From Eledone cirrhosa (taxonomy: Eukaryota): DNA of 64,000 nt. The notes under the pieces are model-generated. The model made no database searches. It was not told the DNA's origin and saw only the letters and a program-made list of their open reading frames with translations. Position 1 is the first letter of the stretch. Every line of letters starts with the position of its first letter. Shown here in pieces: positions 48,546 through 62,729 of this stretch. A program made the position numbers and the translations under genes. The stretch lies in assembly GCA_964016885.1 (NCBI GenBank), contig OZ024741.1, positions 83,266,001-83,330,000 of the forward strand. Direction: 5' to 3'.

Positions 48546-49899
48546 TGCAAGAGAATATCAGAGAGGGAGATATCAAATTATTATTTCCCAAACAAATGTA
48601 CTACGAAGTGGTTCTCATTTGAATCTTGTGTTACACATACACACACAGATACACACATGCAGACATATATATATTTATATATATTTGCGTGGGTGTGCGA
48701 GTGTGTGTATGTTCTGGCGTATCTTTGTGGGCGAGTTTGTTATAAATAGTTCAATGCATCAATGGGTCGACGTGGATTCATAATACAGACTTTTCAGCAT
48801 TTGCGAATATGGAATTATATTAACTTGGAGTGGTAAATACGCTGCCAAATCTATTCATATTTTTTCTATAGATATATTATGCTTATAATGACAAACCTGC
48901 CAGAATTCAGTTTAAATGGTACTAAATTCAAGACAAACGATGCACATAAAGAAAAACAGAATTCGAAGCCCATATCCGTATTTCGCGCCGTGTAATTATA
49001 AGTATTATGTGTGTTTTTCTACACTGATTAATCCCTGGTAAGCATAAGCATATTTATTTGCAATATATTTATTTATATTTCCGTACAGATACATATGGTA
49101 GTTCCTTAAGTGTATCAGGTTGGGATTATTAATTATAGATCCAGAGTAGAGAGTAAAAGAAAATATTTTGCACTTCACTTTGTTATTCTTCCAAATAAAC
49201 ACATTAGAAACATTATTTTTATGGATCCAGTACAGCGACTCTCTCATCGATACAGATAAAAAAATTCATATAGGCGGTGTGAAAGAAAGTTATAAAAGTA
49301 AGGTTTCAAGCCAAATTACATTTTACTATTCTGATGTTTATGTTTGATATTCTTTGGTTTAGTTTATCCTAAAAATTCTATCAAGATCAATTTATTTTCC
49401 CTATATATGTAACAGTATAATCCGTTAACATCTGCACGCATACTACGTAGAACATCTGGATATATCTACATTGATATACTCCAATATAATATCCTAATAA
49501 TTCTAGTTTCCATTTAACGCTATGTTAGAGTTTGTAAACATAAAATATCAAATGCTGTATAATAACTAAATAACAATTTAATTGATTTCAAAAGGGACAT
49601 TTCTTAGAAAATATAATGTTCACTGTTTTTAAATATGTTCATTAAAATATGTAATTCATCATAAAATCTTAACATTAACGATGTTTCTTCCTTCTACAAT
49701 CTATGAATTTAACTTCTCATAACACACATTCAATATATTGCGTTACAGATTTAGCTGCATTTTATAGTCCACCCTATGAATGAAATATCCCTCGACATAT
49801 AGTGAAGAACAAAATACACTACAAAAAAGGAAGGTCATGTAAATCAGACTTATTTATACAATATACGGATTGTCTACAGTAAGAAAACCATGAATTAGA

Positions 49900-52800
49900 C
49901 AAGTATTTCATGCATGGTGGGATGAAAGCCGGATGCATTGAAGTGGAATTGCAGGGACGAGTATATGCTGAGTATCTTGGCGCAGTTGGGGCGCTTCAGT
50001 GTTTGTAACTGGGCATGTCCACTTGATTTCCTGAATGCATCTTAGGCTATGAAGATGACAGGCGTAGGTACGCCGCTCCTGTATGGAGAAATGGTTCAAT
50101 GTAACGCGACTGTAAAGTAGTATGCTGAAGATTCACGCATTGCAGACAGCAAACTTGATATTCGTGGTGTGTTTTCACATCTCACGGATTTTCTTGTCCA
50201 ACCTGGCGGATATAGATGTAGTTCGTTCCGGGCTGCCATAGGAGTGATTATCCGTGATGGTGGAGCCGAGATTGATGAATTCGTAGACTCACTATAGCTC
50301 GTAATTATTGATGGTGATGGCAGGAGGTGCTTGGTGACTTGGCTTAAATCGTTGGTCTTCTTCAGGTGAAATTCCCAGTTGAAGATTGAGATTTTTGTGC
50401 ACATGGTACTGCATTTGTTCCTCAGGGTTCGCTACCAAAGCTGCATCCGGCGGTACTCGCAGTATTTCACTGATGAATATCTGATGAACCTTGGATTTTG
50501 CTTTCAGCATTGACAGACCATATATCTTGCCGTCTGATCTGGCGTGGATGTAGACACCATCACCAGACGTTCCAAATGCGTGTTGCAGTATGACTGGGAG
50601 AAGGATGCCGAAAAGAAGCATGAAATAAAATACCTTTCATATCCGCATGAAACTATTGGATTATACTGAGAAATCTTCGAGGACAACTACGCCTGGCGAA
50701 GAATTTGAAGAAGTCGTCGCTACTAACTAGGTCGAATGCCTTCGTGAAATCAATGAATATGACGTAGAGTGTTTGTCCTTGCTCTCGGCACTTCTCTTGT
50801 AGTTGTCAAAGAAAGATATTCCTGTTGATGGAGGAGAGTTCTGAAACAGTAATGAAATTCAAGGTGTACCTTCTTAGCAGTCTTCTGTAGGTTGTTCAGA
50901 ACCACGCAAGAGAGTCCCTTCCCAACAATTCTTAGCAACATGAAGTCTGGGTAACAATTACAGTCACGTCTTTCTCCTTTGTTCTCATAGAATATGATGA
51001 GCGTGACTATTTCCTCCTCCCGCCATTGACACAGTAGTTTCAACAGCGGCTAAGCAAAACTCCTTTTCCACACCTGATGAACTCTAGGGATGCCACCCAT
51101 CGTGGTTCTCTCCCAATGGTCAAACCTTCAACAGTCGACAATGCGTGTAGCTCCTCCATCACGGTATGGTGTCCCATGAAATCTAGCCCGTTGCCTGATA
51201 TACAGTTTGCCTTGGCATAGAGTACGGAATAATTATCAACCCAACTCTCCATCTGCTCCATTTAGCGGTTGATCCCCTCATCTGCGTTTGATTTTAGTGG
51301 GGCTATCAGGCTATGGATGGTGTTCTGGAGAAAGTCGAATCGCTGCTGAATATTTCCTTCCGCTGGGGCTATAACGAAGTCATCCGCCAGTAAATTGAAG
51401 AATGCAACTGCTTTGGCTGAACGCCAGGTCGTAGTGGCATTGTTACACTGCTTGTTTGCAATCTTAGCACAGTGCCTTTCTTTGGTTGAAGTCTGAGATT
51501 GTAGCAAATCAAGTTGTGATATGTGCCAGAGTCAACACTCTGAAAGGACCGCCTGAGGAGCAAGTTTCAGGAGCAAGATTTTTGCGTCTTGAGTATATAA
51601 TATCTAACTAATGACAATACCTGCAGCGAGTAAAACGCAGAAAATGATTGTGCTGATCTTTGGCCTGGAAGGGGGTGTTGGTGACACATAATTCATAGAG
51701 CGTACAAAGCTTAAACTGTCATTGTTCATTGTTATTCCTGTTGGCGATGCCATACTGTGCTAAAACCCATGGCCAGAAGTCGTGATCATCTCTCTCTCTT
51801 GCGATAAATTGATCATGTAGCACAAGCTGTACTCATTTGGGAATCTCCTGTAATTTTCTTGAGAACTGATAGTAAACCGTGTGTGGTATATGGGTAGGGC
51901 ATATGTACTAACAACGTTTCCATGCCCATTTAATGGGTGCAAACGGAGTGAGAAAATCCGTTCCGCATATCCTTGACCATTCTACCCGTTTCAAAAGCAA
52001 TGTCCTCGTGGCGATCAAAACACCGTGTTCTCTGGCCTCTTCTGTGACTTTCCCAGAGAGAGGAACATATACTTTCTCTCTCACAAAGTGTCTCGAATCT
52101 GGGACCCATGTATCTTGGAGCGTGGCAATATACACTTAAGATCGTAGCATTTCGTTGTTTTGCTTGTGACGTTTTTGAAGATTTTATGAGAGACCTGTAG
52201 TTGTGGTCCGTATGTTCCAAGTCTGAATGTAGATTTCTTTGCTTGTGACTTAGATGTTTGTTTGATACAGGATACTAGTTAACCTAATCCATGTCACCCA
52301 GTGGTCAAACAGCACCTACTTTGCTGGGGGCTGCCCAGCTTGTGGTAGGTGATAGCTTCCAGTGAGGCGTGATGGCCTCTCCTTCTGGCAAGAGCAGTTC
52401 CTGTTGTCTTGCTGTACTCCAACCATCTGCAGTCTTATAATCGTAGACTACTTCCATCAGTGTTCTGCCACCGAGGGGAGGCGACGTTGGCCTGTTCTCT
52501 CCAGGGCACCGACCTAAGCAAGCTTTTATGATAGATCGGCAGTTGCCCCTGCAGCACAAATCCCCACACCAGGCCACTGATGTTGACGAAAGGAAGGACA
52601 GGGGCCAATCGAACTTGGCACCGGCGGCGCCGCAATAATTGTCCAAATTAGGTTAGATATAACATCGAACTTCCTTAGGTACTTCAACCTCGGATTTATC
52701 CTCAGGGTACAGATCGAAGCATTTTCCACATGGGTGTAGACGAAGCAGTGCTTTGAAGACGCCATAACCCACCCGCGTCACTACTGTACGTAGGGACAGT

Positions 52801-52970
52801 TCCGCAGGACTTCCATTGTAAGACACGCGAGAAGGCCAGGAGTTAAACATAGTTGCCGTAGGCTATTTGAAACGCATACCACTGTAAGCATTTTTGAAGG
52901 AGTGAGAATATATCACCACAACCACCCATCGACTTAGCCACCGTGGAACCATTTGGATTCTCCCTCGTCA
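49900..52970 (-). mobile_element. Degenerate RTE/BovB-like LINE (5' UTR, APE and RT)
   Basis: TWNIRT at ~52225; IATLQDT; FIDFTKAFDLV; LLFGILLPVILQHAF..DGVYIHARSDGK..LKAKSKV..DAALVA..EEQMQ, typical of RTE RT; many frameshifts. Confidence 0.88.
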
Positions 52971-55864
52971 ATATATATATATAAAAATTATTTCATATTA
53001 AAATAAAACTATGAACACCATCAGCGCAGTTAAGATATATGCAGATATAAGATTTCTAGTAAGGTGTAATTTCAGGGAGATTCACTATTTACACCAGGAC
53101 GAACGGCTACGTTAAAGCTCTACCCATTAATTGCAGAATCACTGGCTTGGTTAGCTACCTTTATTTGACTAGTAAGCAAAGAAAAATCACTCTTGCCTAT
53201 TTAATACCCTGCATCTGATGATTAATGCTTCCATTGCGTTGTCTCCGATTCCCACCAAAAGATTAACATTATTGAATGGCTGGTTCGTACGGCCAGGGGA
53301 AGGTGACACTTGAAATCTGTCAATAATATAAAACATTGTTCGCTCTGTGTCATGTGATTTACACAAATTCAGACGCAGAAAGGCAGAAGGAAATGTTGAA
53401 AAATGGCTTTGTCAATAGAACAGAAATATTGAAGGCAATATGTAAGAATTTGGTTAGAATTGTTGGAACTGATGTGATTAAATGCTTTTACATGATGGGT
53501 AAATAGACTATTAGATTTACACTAGATGTAAAGAGTTAAATTTATCAAAATGTTTAAGGAAGTAATAGCACGGAGTGTCGAAATCATACCCATAAATCAG
53601 TCGAAATTGTTGAAGAAATAAAACGCTGATTAGATGAAATGGAAATTTAAGCTATTTTCCATTATAAGTTTTCAAAACAGACACAGTTTTCTGAGAGATA
53701 GTTTCACATTTTATGCTCATTAATTTTCACAATAAAGTTTTTGTAAGAGACCTTTCAAAATGGTGGGAATATTCCTGATCAAATTGAAATAGTTCATTTA
53801 GCGCTCTGTCATTTATAGCATTCCAGCAAATTACTTAGTTTCAAACAGCGACATCAATGGCCTCATACTTAATCGAATGTTGTTAATCGATTGCTTCCAA
53901 GATGACATAGTCACCATTTACAACTTTTACAGGTGTTAAATACAAAAGAAGAACGCCTTTTCTTTCTTTCTTTATTTCTTTCTTTCTTTATTTATTTATT
54001 TATCCATCAATTTCCTTTGTTTCCTTCTTTTCTACCTCCATTTATCTCCCCCTCCTCCTTATGAAACATTTCTCCATTCACTATATTTCATGGTCAATTC
54101 CATACTTTTATTATTCCACAATGTTCTCCTTCTCTTCTTATATCTCTAATTCACTTCTATTACGATCTTTTCTCCTTCTACCTAGCACCAATACACCACC
54201 AACCTCCTTCTCATGCTCCCACACATCACTATTATCAATATCGGTATTATATTTATCATCCTCCGAATATCATCATCATATTCATAATCAACAAACATCC
54301 ACAACAGCAACAAAAATGATATGTTTATTATGAGAAGTGAACAAAAAGAAACAGTTATATAATCATGTGATATGGCCACAGTTTGTGACCCAGTATACTT
54401 ATGGTAATGCGGTAGGGAGTCTGTATATGAGCGACATTTTTTTGTCTATCTTTTCATACTCCCGGAATTAGAGTTTTCTCACATATAATTTTAATATATA
54501 ATATTGCACCTCTGAGAGATTTCTGTCATTACGATGTTTAAGTATTATACACTAATTAACCTTTAATTAATATTAAACTGCTCCATAATTAGTTGAGCTG
54601 TACCACACGGTACGTTATAAGACTGTCATAATATCTTAGCGGGTTTGAGCACGTATTACAACGCGTGTTATTATTTCACCACGCTGCCTTGTCGAAAGAA
54701 AACAATATGTATTATATCTTGTTCCATTTCTTGAAGAATTATATTCCCCTGAAGAATATGGCGGATTCTTCAAATATTGGTGGTTTAAATGATAACTCTT
54801 CCGCATACGAAACCATGATAGGGAGATATATATATAAGCGAAGTTACATAGTAAATGTTTTTCGTCTATCGTATATATTCGCAGTATATATATTTATTAC
54901 ACGATGTATGAAACCGATTTTCACCGAACCATTATCATTAACATACTAAAGAATATGTCTTGTTAAAATCTGTCTCAACATAGTTTCAGACCAGAACTTC
55001 TATATTTCTTTCAAATAATTTACTTTACTTCGGAGAAATATATATATGTTAAGTGATTGCCGTCAAAAATAGATAACTTCGACTTGTCAAAATATGATTG
55101 GTACTAAATAACTTATATTATAATTATTGTTGTCATTATAATTATTCAGAAAAGTAAAAATCGACCATCTAATCTGAGTGGAAAGAAAGTTTAATTATGG
55201 AAAGAGTGATGGAGTAATTTAGAAGAGTTTCTTATTTAAAAGTAGGGATGTTTTTTTTTTTGTGTGAAGGATTTAGCTTTGCAACGTGTTGACGTCTGCG
55301 CCGTGGCACTTAGGCTAGTTTCTTGGTAGGCGCAGACCATAGTAACCCGTCACATACACACATACACAAACTCAAACAGACACAGATACACACACACACA
55401 CAAACACAGATATATACACACACACAAACACACACACACACTCACACACATACACACATGCATACACACACACACACACGCGCGCACGCACATACACACA
55501 TATATATATATATATATATGTGTGTTTGTGTATCTTGTTTTCGCCCGGTGTTTTGAATGAGTATGAAATCACAACAAAACAGAAAAAAAACACATACACT
55601 AAAACATTCTCCTTCTCTGATGAGAAAATTGTCATGTCAATATCTCTAATGGCGGCCATGGTAGAAGACGTTTTGTCTTGATTGTCACTAAATACATTAA
55701 GTATATTTCAAGTACAGGAGCTACTTTCATCCTTTCAGTTATCACATACATAGAACGTGATAGTAGCTTTTAAGAATCTAATCAGCACCACTGTCAATTA
55801 TAATATGGTGGCCAAACAATATTTATTCATCATTGCAAATTGTAACAAGGATATATAAGCTACA

Positions 55865-56175
55865 GCGACGTCGGTTACTACGATGACTATTCAAGTTGTT
55901 CGATCAAAGAAACAGCCTGCCGCCGAGTAGTTGAGTATTCCACAGTCACGTGTACCCTAACAGCGATTCTAAGCGAGATTCAGCATCAAACAAAGTGCGA
56001 CAAGACTGAGTCTCTAAAACAAGTTCAAACCATCCGATAAGTTTCCAAACAGATTTTTTTCTACCCAGGTTAACTCATAATTCGTGGGTACCACTAATCC
56101 GTGGTAAATGTGTATGAATCTTGTGTTTATGTATCTTGTATGTATCTCGAACCCGAGACTTTGAGATTGTGACAA
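55865..56175. mobile_element. Degenerate SINE-like interspersed repeat(s)
   Basis: GATCAAAGAAACAGCCTGC..TCCACAGTCACGTGTACCCT..GAGATTCAGC resembles an abundant Octopus repeat as recalled; reverse B-box-like CTCGAACCC near 56146. Confidence 0.45.
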
Positions 56176-56318
56176 TTTACTGGTGCGGAATTCACGAATT
56201 CGTACGAGAGGATTAAAATGCCTCGTTTTATCTTTTCTACTTCACCCGCTCACATTTCAAATCTCATTGAGATCTACTTAGCCTTTTATCATGTTGATGT
56301 CGTTACAAGAAGTACCAG

Positions 56319-56496
56319 TCAAGCAGGCGGTATATTTTTCAAATGTTGGATGTGCTGCGTTGCGGTGTTACATTCAACGCATTTCATTTTGGCTTCAACT
56401 ATGACGTCTCTGTTGCTAAACGATAGGTAGATCTTGCGTTTCTCTTCGACATTATCGTTGACGAGATGAATGGTGATACTTATGCATGGGTGACTA
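56319..56496 (-). CDS. Candidate coding exon of an unknown gene (downstream exon, ends in TGA)
   Basis: Acceptor TTTCAG at 56502-56497, phase 2, compatible with the upstream donor; open frame SHPCISITIHLVNDNVEEKRKIYLSFSNRDVIVEAKMKCVECNTATQHIQHLKNIPPA*. Confidence 0.4.
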
Positions 56497-57045
56497 CTGA
56501 AATTCCACAAAAAATTGACTTATATTTAGACATTGAAGAGGAACATTCCAAATGTAAACACATGGTCAGCTGTTACAGAAACTAGATGAGGACTGACAAA
56601 GTGATTGCTGAATGATGTGTCAGAGGTGCGATTCCACTGTTCAGCTAATGAACGTTTTATGTTTCTATCAATATTTGTGCAGTAGCTATGATATTTGTTC
56701 AGCTGACTACTTATTACCCGTCAGAGTGACCCAAGGAACTTTGATCACAAATATATATGTACTGCCACATAAAATTAAAGTGACAATTTAATACTCTTGA
56801 TTTTGTTTTGTAACTTCACAATTTTGGTTTCATACATCTGGAAGAATTGTGATATAAAAACTTTCCTTAGAGCACGTTGAATAGCAGTGTTATCCCGCTT
56901 GGGAGGTTCTAAATGTATTTTCGTGCAGTAGGTTTACGCTTTCAGTCATATGATAATGGGCTTATATGGTAAACTATGGTTATATATTTAATAAACAGAT
57001 CGATCGATTGCATCGTTCGACCCGACGCCAGACTCATTTACTTAC

Positions 57046-57238
57046 CGAGTGGGGTGGAACTTGTCAAATCTGACCAAGGAAACAATGTTTTCATTGGTCT
57101 TTCCATTGCTGCGACTATCTACAAGTGGCGTCTCTTTGCAGAAGGAGTAATGTGAAATAACGTGTCTAGCTCCAGGACATAACGTATCGCCCAGTTCGGT
57201 TATTGCGCTCGCAACCTCACGATTGTACATCAAATTAT
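57046..57238 (-). CDS. Candidate internal coding exon of an unknown gene
   Basis: Non-repetitive, GC-elevated 193-nt open frame bounded by TTAG and a consensus CG|GTAAGT donor. Confidence 0.45.
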
Positions 57239-57680
57239 CTAACCAGTAAACCACGAAACTTCACATAGAATACACGAAATAATAATAAAAATGATTATCA
57301 GTCACAGAGGATATCAAACACTGAGTCGGCGCACCGCACCAGAGTCCAGCATCCTCAATCTCTAGGATAGGCTGATGAGTTTTCATTTATGTATAATTTA
57401 GATTAGTGCCCAATAATTAAAATGATGTATTCTATTTATAAATGTTAGCTGGTTCTGCTTCTTAATGTAGCTTGGTTAAGTTTAATTGAGTGTAAAAAGC
57501 TAAACAAACATATAGTAAAATAGATTAGAATAAAGCACAAAGAAAAGTATAAAATTAAATTATAATGAAACACAAAAATGCTGGGTCTAGAAATATTCTT
57601 ATCAATTTTGGCAAATAAAACCCAAATCGCTTTTATGTGTTTTCTAAAGATTTTTTTCTGTTCTCATATTTGATGTATTT

Positions 57681-57728
<48 letters not shown>

Positions 57729-57769
57729 TGTGTATGTGTGGGTGTGTGTGGGTGTGTATGTGTGTGTGT

Positions 57770-57800
<31 letters not shown>

Positions 57801-58029
57801 AGAATGTTTATATTTATACATACATATATATGAAACTTGCCTCACATCGTATACATGTATATGGGAAATTAACTAAATAAATTTACCATTCCAGAAAATA
57901 TATCATTTTATCGACAATTCCGAGCAATTAACTCCTCTAATGATAACGGTGTTGCTATGTCTGTTTGCTGTGTATGATTGTATGAATATATAATATATAT
58001 ATATACTGTATGTGTATATATATATACTG

Positions 58030-58098
<69 letters not shown>

Positions 58099-58273
58099 TT
58101 ATATAAAGTGTGTGTGTGTGCGTATGTGTCCGTGTGCGTTTATATATGTGTTTGTGTGTCAGATTCTGTTTATATATGTGTCCGTGCAAAATATAAAGAA
58201 GAAAATCACGAGGAAGTGATACAGTACAATGAAGGTACATAATAGTTTATCACTTGATGTAGGAGGAAAAACG

Positions 58274-58309
58274 TCTAACTGATTCGGACATTAGTCCATC
58301 GTCAGTAGA
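58274..58309 (-). ncRNA. Decayed hammerhead motif
   Basis: TCTA CTGACGA T-GGAC-TAAT-GTCC GAAT CAGT TAGA; GAAA mutated and cleavage triplet damaged. Confidence 0.4.
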
Positions 58310-58492
58310 TTGTAAGACATATAAAATAAGAAAGTAGAAACCATTAGAGTAAGAAGAGGAAAAAATCGAAACTAAACATTTTTTTAGAGAAAGCCAGTTT
58401 ATTCATCCTATGTGTGAGTGTGTGCGTGTATGCGCGTGTGTGTGTGCGTGTGTGTGTGTGTGCGTGTGTGCGTGTGGGTGGTGTGGGTGTAG

Positions 58493-58557
<65 letters not shown>

Positions 58558-58565
58558 TGTGTGTA

Positions 58566-58603
<38 letters not shown>

Positions 58604-58609
58604 TGTGTG

Positions 58610-58665
<56 letters not shown>

Positions 58666-59817
58666 TCTGTGCATGGTAGTACGCATACATATATATGCAT
58701 ATATATGTATATAACAACGTATGCATTTATATTCTCGTCTACGTGAATATAGAAATACATGGATTTTATCTATATATTGTCTCGCTGTATGTGTTGTTTC
58801 TTGAGAGTGATACTACTTCAAATGATATATTCAATGCAAACATTTGGCAGAAAGAGCAATGTTAAAGAGAATGTTTTGCTCTAGGACATTACGCATCACC
58901 CAGTCTGGTAATCGAAATAATGTATTCATATAGTGGGTATTTCCGCATTTAGTAATGGTTCCGATTACAGCATTATATGCATTTTCATCTGCGGATGTGC
59001 ATAATGCAGTTAAGTTGCATATTTATACGATTAATAAAAAGGGGAAGACAAAGTATTAGTTTTTACATACATATTTAGAGAGGAGACTTCATATCTCTGT
59101 CTGTGGTTGTCCTTCTTTCTCTGTTAGTTGGCTAGCAGAGGTAGTAGTTTTAACTTTGGGGTTCTGACTACTGGTTTTGACTGGTAGTAGTTGGTGGGGA
59201 GGGGTGGCGAGGTTGAAGTGGTGAGGGGGAAGAAGACGTAGGAGACAGGGGATAGGTGTGGTAGCATATATGTTGGGGTGATTGTCACTTTCAAAAATGG
59301 TTACAAAGTCGAGTTGGGATTGGTTTGAATGGTTGAATGGCCTTAGATTTGACCGGGAAGGTGATTGTTTCAGTCTGAGAGACTGTCATTCTTCAATTAT
59401 TTTATCTTCGAAATAATCGACGTTGACTTTATAATTTTGCCACAAAAAAGATTCAGAATTACTGAACTACTAATTCTATCTTCAGCACAAACCTCCAGAT
59501 TCGGCAAATCGAGAAAAAGGGATTTCATTGATTCTATTACGGGAAAGCAACCAACTAACTATATTGTAGGCCCATGAATGATGAAAAAGAAGAATGACAT
59601 TGGCGGGATTCAAAGCTAAGACGTACCAGGCCGTAGATATTAAAAAAACATTTATTTTGACACCTATATCCGATTATCTTCGTCAAAATCCTCAAGGACT
59701 AGCTGATTTGGGTGTTTTTATGTGGTTGCTTGATCTGCATTATATAGTTGCCAAAAGTTACTGGAATCTTGGAGAAGGATACATTGCCAAAGGGTTAATT
59801 TGTTTAGGGTGTTAATT

Positions 59818-60050
59818 TTAAAGTGTGCCAGCTTTAGTTTTGTCCGAAGTGGAAGCATTTAGAAGGGGTTCGTATTTGGCGATAAAGTGTGATTCCTTGC
59901 TAATGCGCTGGATGTAGGAAGCGTTGTCTTTAAATTTGTAGAGGGAAACAATTCTGAAATTGGGTTCTTCATTTGATGCGCAGTTCGCAATGTGTTCACT
60001 GACGGCTATCTTTCTGTATTCCCGTATTATAATTTGGGATCTACGGACGG
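59818..60050 (-). pseudogene. PLE GIY-YIG C-terminal remnant (different subtype)
   Basis: AVSEHIANC..FRIVSLY..QRISKESHFIAKYEPLLN fits the H...R..E..FI...P.LN end of PLE endonucleases. Confidence 0.7.
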
Positions 60051-60084
60051 TCATACATATATGTGTGTATGAGTGTGTGTGTAT

Positions 60085-60149
<65 letters not shown>

Positions 60150-60208
60150 TGTGTGTGTATATATATATATATATATATACGTATATGTATTTGTGTGTGT
60201 GTGCCTGG

Positions 60209-60259
<51 letters not shown>

Positions 60260-60479
60260 TAAGTCAAAGATGTACATCCATATATGTATACTGAAATACT
60301 AGTATGTATATGAATACACACACGTATACATATGTAGATGTACCAAGTTTTTTTCACTGATCACTTTACTGTGAGTGGCCAGCTATTCTGTATGTAAACA
60401 CACAGACAAACCGGTTTTTAGAGTCATACTGGTTTTTGAGGAAACACCTTTCCTCTATTCTCCAGAAAGCCAGACAAGG

Positions 60480-60524
60480 AATATTGAACTAGTTTCGTTG
60501 TTGTTACAACTCATCAGCAATATT
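60480..60524 (-). ncRNA. Minimal type I hammerhead ribozyme (identical copy at 60948-60992)
   Basis: Exact reverse complement of 61459-61503. Confidence 0.88.
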
Positions 60525-61458
60525 TACCTATCTTCCGGCCTCTCTAGAGAATCGTAAAAGCACATATCGCTATATGCTTTTTCTATGAAAATTAGTAGTG
60601 GGCAGACCAACTTGCATAGAGTGTGAGTAAGTACCGGTTCAACGGAGACGATAAAAACAAATAACGAAACGAAATTAAATTTCGTTTCGTTTGTAACTCA
60701 CTTTTGTATGACTGACGCTCAAACAATTAAGTCAAAGATGTACATCCATATATGTATACTGAAATACTAGTATGTATATGAATACACACACGTATACATA
60801 TGTAGATGTACCAAGTTTTTTTCACTGATCACTTTACTGTGAGTGGCCAGCTATTCTGTATGTAAACACACAGACAAACCGGTTTTTAGAGTCATACTGG
60901 TTTTTGAGGAAACACCTTTCCTCTATTCTCCAGAAAGCCAGACAAGGAATATTGAACTAGTTTCGTTGTTGTTACAACTCATCAGCAATATTTACCTATC
61001 TTCCGGCCTCTCTAGAGAATCGTAAAAGCACATATCGCTATATGCTTTTTCTATGAAAATTAGTAGTGGGCAGACCAACTTGCATAGAGTGTGAGTAAGT
61101 ACCGGTTCAACGGAGACGATAAAAACAAATAACGAAACGAAATTAAATTTCGTTTCGTTTGTAACTCACTTTTGTATGACTGACGCTCAAACAATTAAGT
61201 CAAAGATGTACATCCATATATGTATACTGAAATACTAGTATGTATATGAATACACACACGTATACATATGTAGATGTACCAAGTTTTTTTCACTGATCAC
61301 TTTACTGTGAGTGGCCAGCTATTCTGTATGTAAACACACAGACAAACCGGTTTTTAGAGTCATACTGGTTTTTGAGGAAACACCTTTCCTCTATTCTCCA
61401 GAAAGCCAGACAAGGAATATTGAACTAGTTTCGTTGTTGTTACAACGGAAGATAGGTA

Positions 61459-61503
61459 AATATTGCTGATGAGTTGTAACAACAACGAAACTAGTTCAAT
61501 ATT
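61459..61503 (+). ncRNA. Minimal type I hammerhead ribozyme (identical copies at 61927-61971 and 62395-62439)
   Basis: AATATTG CTGATGA GTTGT-AACA-ACAAC GAAA C-TA-GTT CAATATT; full core, 7-bp stem I, 5-bp stem II, palindromic stem III. Confidence 0.9.
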
Positions 61504-62729
61504 CCTTGTCTGGCTTTCTGGAGAATAGAGGAAAGGTGTTTCCTCAAAAACCAGTATGACTCTAAAAACCGGTTTGTCTGTGTGTTTACATACAGAATAG
61601 CTGGCCACTCACAGTAAAGTGATCAGTGAAAAAAACTTGGTACATCTACATATGTATACGTGTGTGTATTCATATACATACTAGTATTTCAGTATACATA
61701 TATGGATGTACATCTTTGACTTAATTGTTTGAGCGTCAGTCATACAAAAGTGAGTTACAAACGAAACGAAATTTAATTTCGTTTCGTTATTTGTTTTTAT
61801 CGTCTCCGTTGAACCGGTACTTACTCACACTCTATGCAAGTTGGTCTGCCCACTACTAATTTTCATAGAAAAAGCATATAGCGATATGTGCTTTTACGAT
61901 TCTCTAGAGAGGCCGGAAGATAGGTAAATATTGCTGATGAGTTGTAACAACAACGAAACTAGTTCAATATTCCTTGTCTGGCTTTCTGGAGAATAGAGGA
62001 AAGGTGTTTCCTCAAAAACCAGTATGACTCTAAAAACCGGTTTGTCTGTGTGTTTACATACAGAATAGCTGGCCACTCACAGTAAAGTGATCAGTGAAAA
62101 AAACTTGGTACATCTACATATATATACGTGTGTGTATTCATATACATACTAGTATTTCAGTATACATATATGGATGTACATCTTTGACTTAATTGTTTGA
62201 GCGTCAGTCATACAAAAGTGAGTTACAAACGAAACGAAATTTAATTTCGTTTCGTTATTTGTTTTTATCGTCTCCGTTGAACCGGTACTTACTCACACTC
62301 TATGCAAGTTGGTCTGCCCACTACTAATTTTCATAGAAAAAGCATATAGCGATATGTGCTTTTACGATTCTCTAGAGAGGCCGGAAGATAGGTAAATATT
62401 GCTGATGAGTTGTAACAACAACGAAACTAGTTCAATATTCCTTGTCTGGCTTTCTGGAGAATAGAGGAAAGGTGTTTCCTCAAAAACCAGTATGACTCTA
62501 AAAACCGGTTTGTCTGTGTGTTTACATACAGAATAGCTGGCCACTCACAGTAAAGTGATCAGTGAAAAAAACTTGGTACATCTACATATGTATACGTGTG
62601 TGTATTCATATACATACTAGTATTTCAGTATACATATATGGATGTACATCTTTGACTTAATTGTTTGAGCGTCAGTCATACAAAAGTGAGTTACAAACGA
62701 AACGAAATTTAATTTCGTTTCGTTATTTG

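Noticed and set aside
60375-62544. Repeated 60-aa ORF (MASYSVCK..) in the 468-bp unit
   Set aside because: Starts at GTG, is antisense to the ribozyme and has no recognisable domain; it recurs only because the unit repeats.
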